From IMG/VR virus record IMGVR_UViG_3300021255_002065, positions 32,001-96,000 of that record: a stretch of DNA of 64,000 nucleotides; one strand, 5' to 3'. Under the pieces are notes generated by a model that saw only the letters and a list, made by a program, of their open reading frames with translations, did no database searches and was not told the DNA's origin. The position numbers and the translations under genes are program-made. Origin of the DNA: a virus (Duplodnaviria > Caudoviricetes). Shown in pieces: positions 9,211-18,791 of this stretch (positions within the stretch are counted from its first letter, which is position 1; each line of letters starts with the position of its first letter).

Positions 9211-10221
9211 ATGAGTATTGAATTAATTACCCCGAGTGTCCAGTTTGTTGATGGTGTGAACGGTTTTCACATTATGAGAAATCTGGAAAAATGTGCAAGG
9301 ACATGCTACCAGTCTGAATTCAAGCAACATACAAAACCGACGGCTGATTTCCTTCGTGGGATTATCAAAAGTGGACACACCTCCGTATTGGAACACCAAT
9401 CCGTTACAGTGGATGTGGTTACATCACGTGATGTACTTGCAGAATGGACACGTCATAGAATCGGTGTTGGATATTCTGTTGAGTCCACACGTTATGTCAA
9501 CTATTCTAAAGGTGTTGAATTCATCATTCCTGTAGAATATGATAAAGATGCAAAGGTATTCCCTGATGGAAAAGCCTTGGATATTCGTTATAAGATTTTC
9601 CAAGAGGCTTGTGAAACTGCTGCTTATGCATACAATCAGCTTATCAAGAATGGTGCAAAACCTCAGGAAGCCAGGGCAGTACTTCCCCAAGCACTGAAAG
9701 TAAATATGAAAGTTACCATGAACATTCGTGCATGGAGACATTTCTTCGAACTCAGATGTGCTTCGTCTGCACATCCAAATATAAGAGAAATCGCAATTGC
9801 AATTCTGTTGGAATTCCGTAAGAAGATGCTTCCTTTGTTTGAAGACATCGAATATGATAAAGACTTCTACATCAATCACAAAACCAGAATCGATAACATT
9901 TTTCATGTTTCAACCAAAGAAACAATGCAAGCATCCAATCAGTCCGTTCTGAATCTTCCGAAAGACAGTTATGAAGAATATATGAAAGCTACAGAAAAAG
10001 AAAAGATTGACAAGATGACAGCAGCCATGGACCTTGATAAAGATGTGAAAGATGAACCAGAATTCGAACAGATGACTCTTGATCAATTGCTTGATATGAT
10101 ATTTGACAATAAGATTCCTGATAAGGAGCAGATTGAGAAAGATTTGGAATATATGAAATCAGTGCGTGACCTAACCGAAATATTGTTTGATTGGGATAGG
10201 AATGGAGGATTGATATTATGA
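9211..10221 (+). CDS. thyX: FAD-dependent thymidylate synthase with acidic C-terminal extension
   Basis: GHTSVLEH, TRHRxxxxxSVESTRY, EARAVLP, NIRAWRHFFELR; RBS AAGGAG before MSIELI. Confidence 0.92.
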   Translation: MSIELITPSVQFVDGVNGFHIMRNLEKCARTCYQSEFKQHTKPTADFLRGIIKSGHTSVLEHQSVTVDVVTSRDVLAEWTRHRIGVGYSVESTRYVNYSKGVEFIIPVEYDKDAKVFPDGKALDIRYKIFQEACETAAYAYNQLIKNGAKPQEARAVLPQALKVNMKVTMNIRAWRHFFELRCASSAHPNIREIAIAILLEFRKKMLPLFEDIEYDKDFYINHKTRIDNIFHVSTKETMQASNQSVLNLPKDSYEEYMKATEKEKIDKMTAAMDLDKDVKDEPEFEQMTLDQLLDMIFDNKIPDKEQIEKDLEYMKSVRDLTEILFDWDRNGGLIL

Positions 10222-10658
10222 AACCAGAAAAAATTACAATCGTAAGTGCAGTAGATGCTGGTCTTGCATTATATGCAAACCACGAAATCAACACCAATGA
10301 CATCAGAGAAATTGCGATGGTAAATAATCCATTGACAGATGTGACATTTGTTCGTGCGAAAACACATGATGGGAAACTCATCATATGGGAATATACCAGA
10401 GTCAGCAAAACTGTCAAGAGACAATATCACCGCACATATCGTTTTAAGATATTTGATTTCAAAACCTTTGATGATGAAGTGATGGCAATCAATGTCTTAT
10501 TTGACATGGGATATCGTGTACGTGAGATTGCGGCATTTACCGGTTATTCACCATCCACATGTACTCGTCGGAAGAATGCAATCAAGAATGAATCTGCATA
10601 TCCGCCTGAGAAATATATCGATTTCAAAGAGAATGCAATGAAACATTTTAAGAAGTAA
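10218..10658 (+). CDS. Helix-turn-helix DNA-binding protein
   Basis: GYRVREIAAFTGYSPSTCTR HTH signature. Confidence 0.65.
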   Translation: MKPEKITIVSAVDAGLALYANHEINTNDIREIAMVNNPLTDVTFVRAKTHDGKLIIWEYTRVSKTVKRQYHRTYRFKIFDFKTFDDEVMAINVLFDMGYRVREIAAFTGYSPSTCTRRKNAIKNESAYPPEKYIDFKENAMKHFKK

Positions 10659-10669
10659 GGAGTGATCAT

Positions 10670-11662
10670 ATGATATGTATTCATCACAATGATGCAGATG
10701 GACATTGTGCCGCTGCAATTGTTGCCATGCAGATTGCAAATGATTTTGAACCAAAGACATTTATCGAATACGGACATCAAAAAGCCATTGAATTAAATGA
10801 AGAAGACATTCATAACAAAGAACGAGTTATGATTGTGGATTTGGCATTGGATGAACATGTGATGCAAGTAATTCGAAAATGCTTAAAGAAAGATTGCGAT
10901 ATTATCCATATCGACCATCACATTGGTGGAAAAGAATTTGAAAAGAACCTGAGTGAACGTGATAGGATTCTGTACGAACGCGTTACAAACTTTTATCGCG
11001 TGGATATTTCTGCATGTATGCTGACATACGTTTATTCCTGTATGACAATGGATGAGCAGTTGAATCCCAATTCAGTAGAATATGATTTCACAGAAGATTA
11101 TACTCATCTGGCATTTTATCCAAATGACAAAAGACGTATGAGAGAATATGGTGTCCCAGATGCCGTTCGTTATATTAATGATCACGATACATGGACACAT
11201 CAATTCGACAATTCCAGATATTTTGAGACTGCATTACGCACGCTCGACACACAACCCTTAAACAATGATGTGTGGGAAATGTTGTTATATGAGCGCGATT
11301 ATAAACAGATTGTTTCGTTGGTGGAACTTGGTCGTGGAATTGCGAAATACCAGAAATCGATTTATGAACAAGCAAATCATAATGGATTTGAAACAGAAAT
11401 CGATGGATTCAAGGGATGGGTTGTAAACTGTCCGATTGGTAATTCTCTATTATTTGGCGATAAGTATATTGAATATGATTTCGTGTGCAAATTCTCATAC
11501 GATGGTAGTGTTGATAAATGGAGATATAGCTTTTACTCCAATGGCAATTCGCAATTTAATTGTGCTGAAATCTGTCAGAAATACTTTAATGGAAATGGCC
11601 ACGCCCACTCAGGTGGTGGAAATCTGGAATGCAATTATTTTGATGAAATTACGGATGCTTAA
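10670..11662 (+). CDS. DHH/DHHA1 family phosphoesterase
   Basis: HNDADG, VDL, IDHH, DHD and GNGHAHSGG motifs. Confidence 0.88.
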   Translation: MICIHHNDADGHCAAAIVAMQIANDFEPKTFIEYGHQKAIELNEEDIHNKERVMIVDLALDEHVMQVIRKCLKKDCDIIHIDHHIGGKEFEKNLSERDRILYERVTNFYRVDISACMLTYVYSCMTMDEQLNPNSVEYDFTEDYTHLAFYPNDKRRMREYGVPDAVRYINDHDTWTHQFDNSRYFETALRTLDTQPLNNDVWEMLLYERDYKQIVSLVELGRGIAKYQKSIYEQANHNGFETEIDGFKGWVVNCPIGNSLLFGDKYIEYDFVCKFSYDGSVDKWRYSFYSNGNSQFNCAEICQKYFNGNGHAHSGGGNLECNYFDEITDA

Positions 11663-11666
11663 TAAT

Positions 11667-11688
11667 GAAGGGGCCAAACGGCCCCTTC
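11667..11688 (+). terminator. Hairpin terminator
   Basis: GAAGGGGCC-AAAC-GGCCCCTTC. Confidence 0.6.
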
Positions 11689-11733
11689 CATATAAAACGT
11701 TTTCATAACTTATTTAAGAAAGGAGCTATTTAT

Positions 11734-13740
11734 ATGGCTAGAATTGACTTAGTTGGGGGCACACGTCTTCAACAAACATCAAATGAGAAAAAACTCGATC
11801 TGATATCAAATAACACATATGCATCTTCTACATCCAAAAAGAATCCAGCCGCATCATTTTTAAAAGACATGCCAACACCAATGAGAATTCTCAATCCAGA
11901 ATTATTGGCAAGAGATGGTAAAGTCACAATTATCAATGATACAAAGTCAACATCAACTTTTTTTAGCATAAAATATTTTGACACAGTTGATGATGCAGTT
12001 GCATATATGGCTTTGTCTGAGAACGCAGATCAAGAATTCACAATCGTATTCTCTGGGGATATGCAGATTACTAATCGCACAACCAGTTTGGCAAATGTGA
12101 AACGAATTGTGTTTGGTGATGAATCTGAGACTATTGCAATCAAATATCAAGGTTTGGAGAAATTGGAATCCGTAAAACTTGGTAAAAATATGAAAACAAT
12201 ACCATCACTTGAATTCACAGGATGTCAACAACTGACGAAAGTTGAATTGAATGATAATCTAAAATCTATCGGTGATAATGCATTCGCAAGTTGTACAAAA
12301 TTAACAACCGTTATTTTCAATGAAGGTTTACAATCAATCGGAGCTACTGCATTTACTGAATGTCCGTTTGAAAGTATTATCATTCCCGATACTGTTACAT
12401 CACTCGGACAAGCATGTTTCAATGTTTCTCAACCTGATGCTCAATATGACAGTGAGGAAGAGATTGCAGCCAAAAATGAACGTATGGATGCAACAAAGTT
12501 TGTTAAAATCGGAACTGGTATCAAATCACTTCCTCCGGGATGTTTTTCTGGCAGAAGAGGTATTACATCAATCGAATTCCCAATCACATTGGAATCGATT
12601 GGTGGATCTGGTATGTTCCAATTCTGTACAAATATTAAAACACTCGTGATTCCGCCAAGTATCAAACGAATTGATGATTACGCGTTTAATCATATGGCCG
12701 AGGATCTCAATATCATCGTTTTGAATAAAGAAGGAGCGATTTCCGGCGCACCCTGGGGTGCTACGAATGCGACAATCACATATCTTGATATCGATGATAC
12801 AAAGATCAATCTCATTAATATGACAACAAATGAATTGACAACATATGATTTGTATTCTGATATGTGTGCACATCTGGTTGCACATCCAACCGATATGTTC
12901 TCTGTTTTGATTGGTGATGATTGCACATACACAGCTACTGATGTAAATGATGAAAATACGGCATTCATCAAACGTTATCCTGGTATGTTTGTGATTGATC
13001 AGCAAGATTGGGCTATCAAGAACATTGTTCTTTATCATATGAACAATAGATTTACTGGATCATTGGATTCTGGTTGGTTGCGTAACATGACAACATTACA
13101 ATCACTCACTCTATCAAATCAACTTACCACAATAAAACAATCTGCATTTGAAATAACATCCATTCGACATATCACAATTCCCGGTAATATTAAAAATGTT
13201 ACACAAGGTGCTTTCAGAGGTCGTACTATGACACATGAACCTCCAATTGTGATAAATCCGGAAATGCGTAATGTATCTGCCGTTACATTGACACTTGAGA
13301 ATGGTGTTGAAACAATCGATGATTCTGCATTTGCATGTAATGCATTCACAGAAATTACAATTCCAAAATCCGTGAAATTAATTGACAATGGCGCCTTCAA
13401 TTATAATCCCTGGTTGGAGAACATTACATTTGAAAGCGGTGGTACCGATCTTAAGATAAAGGGTGGTGCATTTTTGGGGTGTCCATCATTAACAAATGTT
13501 ACAATTCCAGATCACTGTTCCAGTATTGGCGCTGGCGCATTCGAAGAATGTGGTGCACTTGAAGAAGTCGTAATCGGGTCTGGAATTACGGAAATACAAG
13601 AAGACATAGATGGTGGTGTATCCGGTGCATTTAAGGATTGTCCAAATCTTAAGAAAATTACAATCAATAAAGCAGAGAATTCCATTGCTGGTGCTCCTTG
13701 GGGTGCTCCAGAAGATTGTCAGGTCGTATGGACTGGCTAA
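11734..13740 (+). CDS. BspA-type leucine-rich repeat protein
   Basis: Many LxxIxIPxxVxxIGxxAFxxC repeats in two blocks, each capped by GAPWGA. Confidence 0.85.
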   Translation: MARIDLVGGTRLQQTSNEKKLDLISNNTYASSTSKKNPAASFLKDMPTPMRILNPELLARDGKVTIINDTKSTSTFFSIKYFDTVDDAVAYMALSENADQEFTIVFSGDMQITNRTTSLANVKRIVFGDESETIAIKYQGLEKLESVKLGKNMKTIPSLEFTGCQQLTKVELNDNLKSIGDNAFASCTKLTTVIFNEGLQSIGATAFTECPFESIIIPDTVTSLGQACFNVSQPDAQYDSEEEIAAKNERMDATKFVKIGTGIKSLPPGCFSGRRGITSIEFPITLESIGGSGMFQFCTNIKTLVIPPSIKRIDDYAFNHMAEDLNIIVLNKEGAISGAPWGATNATITYLDIDDTKINLINMTTNELTTYDLYSDMCAHLVAHPTDMFSVLIGDDCTYTATDVNDENTAFIKRYPGMFVIDQQDWAIKNIVLYHMNNRFTGSLDSGWLRNMTTLQSLTLSNQLTTIKQSAFEITSIRHITIPGNIKNVTQGAFRGRTMTHEPPIVINPEMRNVSAVTLTLENGVETIDDSAFACNAFTEITIPKSVKLIDNGAFNYNPWLENITFESGGTDLKIKGGAFLGCPSLTNVTIPDHCSSIGAGAFEECGALEEVVIGSGITEIQEDIDGGVSGAFKDCPNLKKITINKAENSIAGAPWGAPEDCQVVWTG

Positions 13741-13823
13741 TAACGCATATCGTTTCATGTATGCGGGGCATATGCCCCGCATATTTTTATTAACTTAATT
13801 TCATGAAATAAGGAAGTGAGATT

Positions 13824-16800
13824 ATGTCAAACAAATTGATTGGTTATGATAACCAATTATGGAGAGTAGAACAAGAATTCTCTTATACTGGTAATGATCA
13901 ACCATTTACGTTAGAACCCGGAACATATTTGTTCATTTGTGAAGGAGCGCATAGTGGAAAGGGTTCTCGTGATATCAAAGAATATGGTGGTATCACATAT
14001 GGTGAAATTACATTAAATGAAGCAACCACATTCCACGCTGTTGTTGGGTCTGATGGTGCTGATTACAACATAGATTACACATTATGCACTGGTGGATTTA
14101 ATGGTGGAGCACACGGTGGTATGAGCACATCATCAACATTTTTAAATGGTCCTGGCGGTGGTGGTGCAACTGATATTCGATTATTACCATATGACGCAAA
14201 TGAATATCCATCATACAATGATGACGGAACCCTTGTATCTCCGGTAAATAGTATGACAGTTTCAGAGTGTTATCATATTGATGATCCTGATGATAGATTT
14301 GAAAATGATGGTGTTATGTATCAAAAATGTGAATACATCATCGATTCAGGAAGTTCTTATTTTGATACAGGTGTTCTGATTCAATCTGGAACTTGTTATG
14401 CAGAAACCAAATTTATGTTCACACAATTATCATCTTCGGAACAAAATATTTTTGGAACATTTGGCGGTGCGTCTATCGGAAGCTATAGTCTCGGTATGCA
14501 GGATTATAAAATCAGAACAGTTGTGCATTGTGGTGGTTCCACATATCCAAAAGCAGAAATAAATGCAACCACAAATACAGAGTATATTGTCTCCATGAAA
14601 CTAAATGAGACACAACAGGAACTCACGGTGAATGGTACAACTGTAACACAATCACAATCTAATGCTTTACAAAATACAAGTACAATACATGTTTGTGCAA
14701 ATGGTGTAGAACACATTTGGTGTCTTGTTGGACGATTGTATTATTTGAAGATATATGATAATGATACATTGGTATTGGATCTAATCCCATGTATTAGATT
14801 GACCGACAATATTGCTGGAATGTTTGATCTTGTCACAAATCGATTCTTCAAAAGTGATACATCGACCAATTTTTCGGCTGCAGAAACACAAATTCATCCG
14901 AGTGATTATACTGCATTAGAATACATCTATGCAATCGGTAGTACGAATTCAGGATATTTTAATACAGGATATATCCCAAAAGCAAACACAAAGATTGAAA
15001 CAGAAGTTGTTTGTTATGAGAATACAATACAATCGTATGAGATCATCTTTGGTGCAAGGAATGGTTCATATCAAAATAATGCATTTGTATTCTTTTCCCG
15101 TTTTAATAACAGCAATATTCCTGTATATAATAGAAGTGGTGCTGAAACACAAGGTGTTGATTTCTTATATAATGAGAAAATTAAACTCATCTGTTATCGA
15201 GATAAAGCAGAATGGTTCTTCAATGATTCTGAAACACCAAATGGAAGCGTGACAGCTACTGGTATAGTGAATGATTGCATTTGTCCGTTATTGATCAATA
15301 CCTCAAATAATGCAACATCAAATGCTGTATCATCGGAAGGTAGTTGGAATAAATTTAAATTGTATTCTTTCAAGATATCAGAGATCGATACAGCAACAGG
15401 TGATGAGACTGTGATAAAGAATTATGTTCCAGCATATCGTAATGCAGATCACAAAGAAGGATTGTTTGATATCATAAATAATACCTTTATCACACCAAAT
15501 AGTGGAGCATGGTTACAAGGTCCTCCGAAAACAAATCATCCATCATTAAATTCTCGCATCATGGTTGCTGCTGGAGCAGGTGGACATATTGTTGCCAATG
15601 ATACTGGTGTCGCAGCTGGAGATGGATTTTCTTATGGTGGAGGGCCATATGGTTCCATGTGTCGAGATGTCGGTGGAGTGGATGGATTTTCCATGATATT
15701 TCCAACACAATCTGATGGTTATGCGTTCGGATATGGTTGTTATCCAACAAAGAGAACGACCACTAATGCTTATTCTGCAGAAGGATGTGGTGGTGGAGGT
15801 GGTGGATGGTATTCCGGATATGCATCCATTCCACATAATCAAAATGCAAGCGGTATAACAAAAGAAGGTGGAGGTGGTTCCAGTTATGTGTTAACTGCAT
15901 CATCATACAAACCATCCGATTATCATCCAGAACCAAAATATTATTTCACAAAGGCATTATTACATGGCGCACAAGCTATGGGGGATCTATTCTCCAATAA
16001 CCCAGAAGATTGGACAAATGGACATGTTTATATTTGTAAAAAAGAAACGAATATTAAGACTGGTGATATTATCGTTTATCCATGCACTGGCGATGCTGTG
16101 TCACATGATTTACCAGCAGGAAAATATAAATTAAAAGTATGGGGTGGAGACGGTGGTTCTCGTGGAAGTATCTCGCATGCTGTAAAAGGCGGATATTCCG
16201 AAGGAATTATTGATACACAAAATAATCATACGATTTATGTTTACACAGGTGGAAGTGGTGGTCCTCGTGCGGATATCGGATATTCTGATGCATTTGCAAA
16301 TACGATGACAATCGCAAATCTACCATCATTAAAATTTAATGGTGGAAAGAGTATACAGAATTGTGCCAGAATCATATCTTCATCTGGTGGAGGAACTGAT
16401 ATTCGTTTTGATGTTGATGATTTCTATCACCGTGTGATTGTCGCCGGTGGCGCCGGTTCCGAAGGCATGAACGGGTCTGTTGCAGGTGAAGGTGGTGGTA
16501 CCGAAGGCGGTACACAATCCAATGCAAATTGTGGAACCAACAATGGTCCTGGAACACAAAAATCTGGATATGCATTCGGTATTGGTGGTCCCGGATATTG
16601 CCAAAGCGGTGGATATGGTGGCTGTGGTGGCGGCGGATGGTACGGGGGATATGGTACTACTCCCGACCGTAATGGTGATGATGACCGTGCTGGCTCCGGT
16701 GGTTCTGGATTTACATTAACTGCAAATACACCTATCACCGATATTCCAAGTGGATATGCATGTAACGAAGAAGAATACTATTTGACAGAAGCCACTACCG

Positions 16801-18791
16801 TGCAAGGTGGTAACGCATTACCTATATGGCATACCAAAACACAAATCGAAGTAATATCTATAACTGCAAAATGTATTTGCCGTGATGCAGATGGTTATAA
16901 ATATTATGATAAAGAAAATGAAATATGGACATTGTTGGAAAACCAATCTATTACATCAGAAACATTTGAAACATATGGTTCAATCATAACAACAGACAAT
17001 GGTTTATTGAACGAATATTATGTATATGCATATGATGCAAATGAACAAACAAATGCAATCTCATTAAATGTTATTCCCAATTCTCAAACAATCAGAATAC
17101 AATTAGATGTTGACATTCCCGTATCAGAAATAATATTAGATGACGCATATGAAAAGGAATCCTTTCATGTATATTATAATGCAATACGAGTGAAGCAAGA
17201 AGACGACACTTACAAAACTGCATTGGAAATCTATGTCGATCATTTATTAAATGATGACAATGTTTACAAAGCATATGTGTGTCAAATATATGGATCTCCC
17301 CGAAAGACATCAAATACGTATATTAAATTGGATAGTAAAGGAAGACGTATTTTCCAACATAAATATTTTGATATCGATACTGGTGAACTTGTTACAGAAG
17401 AACGAACGATGGAATGGAAGGATCCCGAAGATTATCGTGGAGAAGATGGAATCATTCAAACTGCACAGTGGTTATTACCGGTTGGATCCGCATATAATAT
17501 TCCATATGACTATAATATGAATGTCGTGGATCATGATATCATCAACATATATAACGGCGTTGTTGCAGAACATGACAGAATCATATTCTTTGCATTAGCA
17601 TGTAGAATCCAAACAGTAAATGCAGAAACAGGTGCAGTTTCAACATCATATCAATTAATCATAAAGGCAATGAATTTAATTGACCAGACAGTTTACAGTA
17701 TATGCAGAATTCCATGGAGAACTGTATATACAATTCATGATGATATGTTCATTGGAAAAATGCTTGTGGATGATAAGTATTTCTATTTGTGCATGCAAGC
17801 AAATAACAATTCATCGGTTGCATATGAACGATCACTTGTACGCATTCATCGAAATGATTTCTCTGTAAGTATGTCATCGACATCGGGTGAAGCATTGGTT
17901 GGATATGGACACATGGAATGGTATGATGAAACACATATCCTCATACAAGGACTGACACAATATCTTTTGTATGATACCGTGAGAAATACTTGGAGTAAAA
18001 CACCACATCTGATCAATGGAACATCAATATCCACTGTCCAAGATTGGGCATTGGGTAAAACACAAATCGTATCAACATATGTGAGAAGCAATAATAAAAG
18101 TATCGCAATATGTGATCGGGAAACATTCCAATTGATTAAGATTATTACATTACCACATGCCGAAACAACTCCACGTGTATGTTATGATGGAAATGGAAAG
18201 TTTTATATCGCAACACAATACTATTTGTATGAGTATGACGAAGAGACATCTGAAATTACAAATACGATTAATTTATCCATCATGCCATATCCAAACACGG
18301 TAACATATTGCAATGGTGCAGTAATTGTAACGCAATATTCCAATGATAATAATGAAAATGAACGTCGGTTAATTGTATACCGTACCGACATTGATCAATA
18401 CACATCCATTTATATGCCATGGGGTGTTGGTTACTCGCAACAATATGATTATTGTTATATTCCATTGGCAATTCAAGGAAAATTCTTTTATGTGAAGAAT
18501 TCCACATTGATATTGGATTATTCCAAATATGCCAAATATAAGTTTGGTCCACATCGCAATCGGCACACTGTTGTATTGAACAAAAGTAATGATGATATGT
18601 TCACATATGACAGTCGATTTGTTTCTGTAATGGAAAACTGTATCAAGGTGCATGATGGAAATATCGAATATTCATTTAATGAATATGATACCAATCATAT
18701 TACGAGAACCAATCAGATCTCCAAAGAGGATTACAGATACCTGCTAGGTTCCACTGTAATTACAAATGAAGAAGGTGATTCAATTGAGTGA
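13824..18791 (+). CDS. Tail fibre / receptor-binding protein with two glycine-rich domains and lectin-like inserts
   Basis: GGGGATDIR..RIxVAGGxGG..GGGGGGWYGG..GGSG glycine-rich domains and two YFDTG..YxxKI..D.IP..R..D...GMFD modules. Confidence 0.7.
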   Translation: MSNKLIGYDNQLWRVEQEFSYTGNDQPFTLEPGTYLFICEGAHSGKGSRDIKEYGGITYGEITLNEATTFHAVVGSDGADYNIDYTLCTGGFNGGAHGGMSTSSTFLNGPGGGGATDIRLLPYDANEYPSYNDDGTLVSPVNSMTVSECYHIDDPDDRFENDGVMYQKCEYIIDSGSSYFDTGVLIQSGTCYAETKFMFTQLSSSEQNIFGTFGGASIGSYSLGMQDYKIRTVVHCGGSTYPKAEINATTNTEYIVSMKLNETQQELTVNGTTVTQSQSNALQNTSTIHVCANGVEHIWCLVGRLYYLKIYDNDTLVLDLIPCIRLTDNIAGMFDLVTNRFFKSDTSTNFSAAETQIHPSDYTALEYIYAIGSTNSGYFNTGYIPKANTKIETEVVCYENTIQSYEIIFGARNGSYQNNAFVFFSRFNNSNIPVYNRSGAETQGVDFLYNEKIKLICYRDKAEWFFNDSETPNGSVTATGIVNDCICPLLINTSNNATSNAVSSEGSWNKFKLYSFKISEIDTATGDETVIKNYVPAYRNADHKEGLFDIINNTFITPNSGAWLQGPPKTNHPSLNSRIMVAAGAGGHIVANDTGVAAGDGFSYGGGPYGSMCRDVGGVDGFSMIFPTQSDGYAFGYGCYPTKRTTTNAYSAEGCGGGGGGWYSGYASIPHNQNASGITKEGGGGSSYVLTASSYKPSDYHPEPKYYFTKALLHGAQAMGDLFSNNPEDWTNGHVYICKKETNIKTGDIIVYPCTGDAVSHDLPAGKYKLKVWGGDGGSRGSISHAVKGGYSEGIIDTQNNHTIYVYTGGSGGPRADIGYSDAFANTMTIANLPSLKFNGGKSIQNCARIISSSGGGTDIRFDVDDFYHRVIVAGGAGSEGMNGSVAGEGGGTEGGTQSNANCGTNNGPGTQKSGYAFGIGGPGYCQSGGYGGCGGGGWYGGYGTTPDRNGDDDRAGSGGSGFTLTANTPITDIPSGYACNEEEYYLTEATTVQGGNALPIWHTKTQIEVISITAKCICRDADGYKYYDKENEIWTLLENQSITSETFETYGSIITTDNGLLNEYYVYAYDANEQTNAISLNVIPNSQTIRIQLDVDIPVSEIILDDAYEKESFHVYYNAIRVKQEDDTYKTALEIYVDHLLNDDNVYKAYVCQIYGSPRKTSNTYIKLDSKGRRIFQHKYFDIDTGELVTEERTMEWKDPEDYRGEDGIIQTAQWLLPVGSAYNIPYDYNMNVVDHDIINIYNGVVAEHDRIIFFALACRIQTVNAETGAVSTSYQLIIKAMNLIDQTVYSICRIPWRTVYTIHDDMFIGKMLVDDKYFYLCMQANNNSSVAYERSLVRIHRNDFSVSMSSTSGEALVGYGHMEWYDETHILIQGLTQYLLYDTVRNTWSKTPHLINGTSISTVQDWALGKTQIVSTYVRSNNKSIAICDRETFQLIKIITLPHAETTPRVCYDGNGKFYIATQYYLYEYDEETSEITNTINLSIMPYPNTVTYCNGAVIVTQYSNDNNENERRLIVYRTDIDQYTSIYMPWGVGYSQQYDYCYIPLAIQGKFFYVKNSTLILDYSKYAKYKFGPHRNRHTVVLNKSNDDMFTYDSRFVSVMENCIKVHDGNIEYSFNEYDTNHITRTNQISKEDYRYLLGSTVITNEEGDSIE

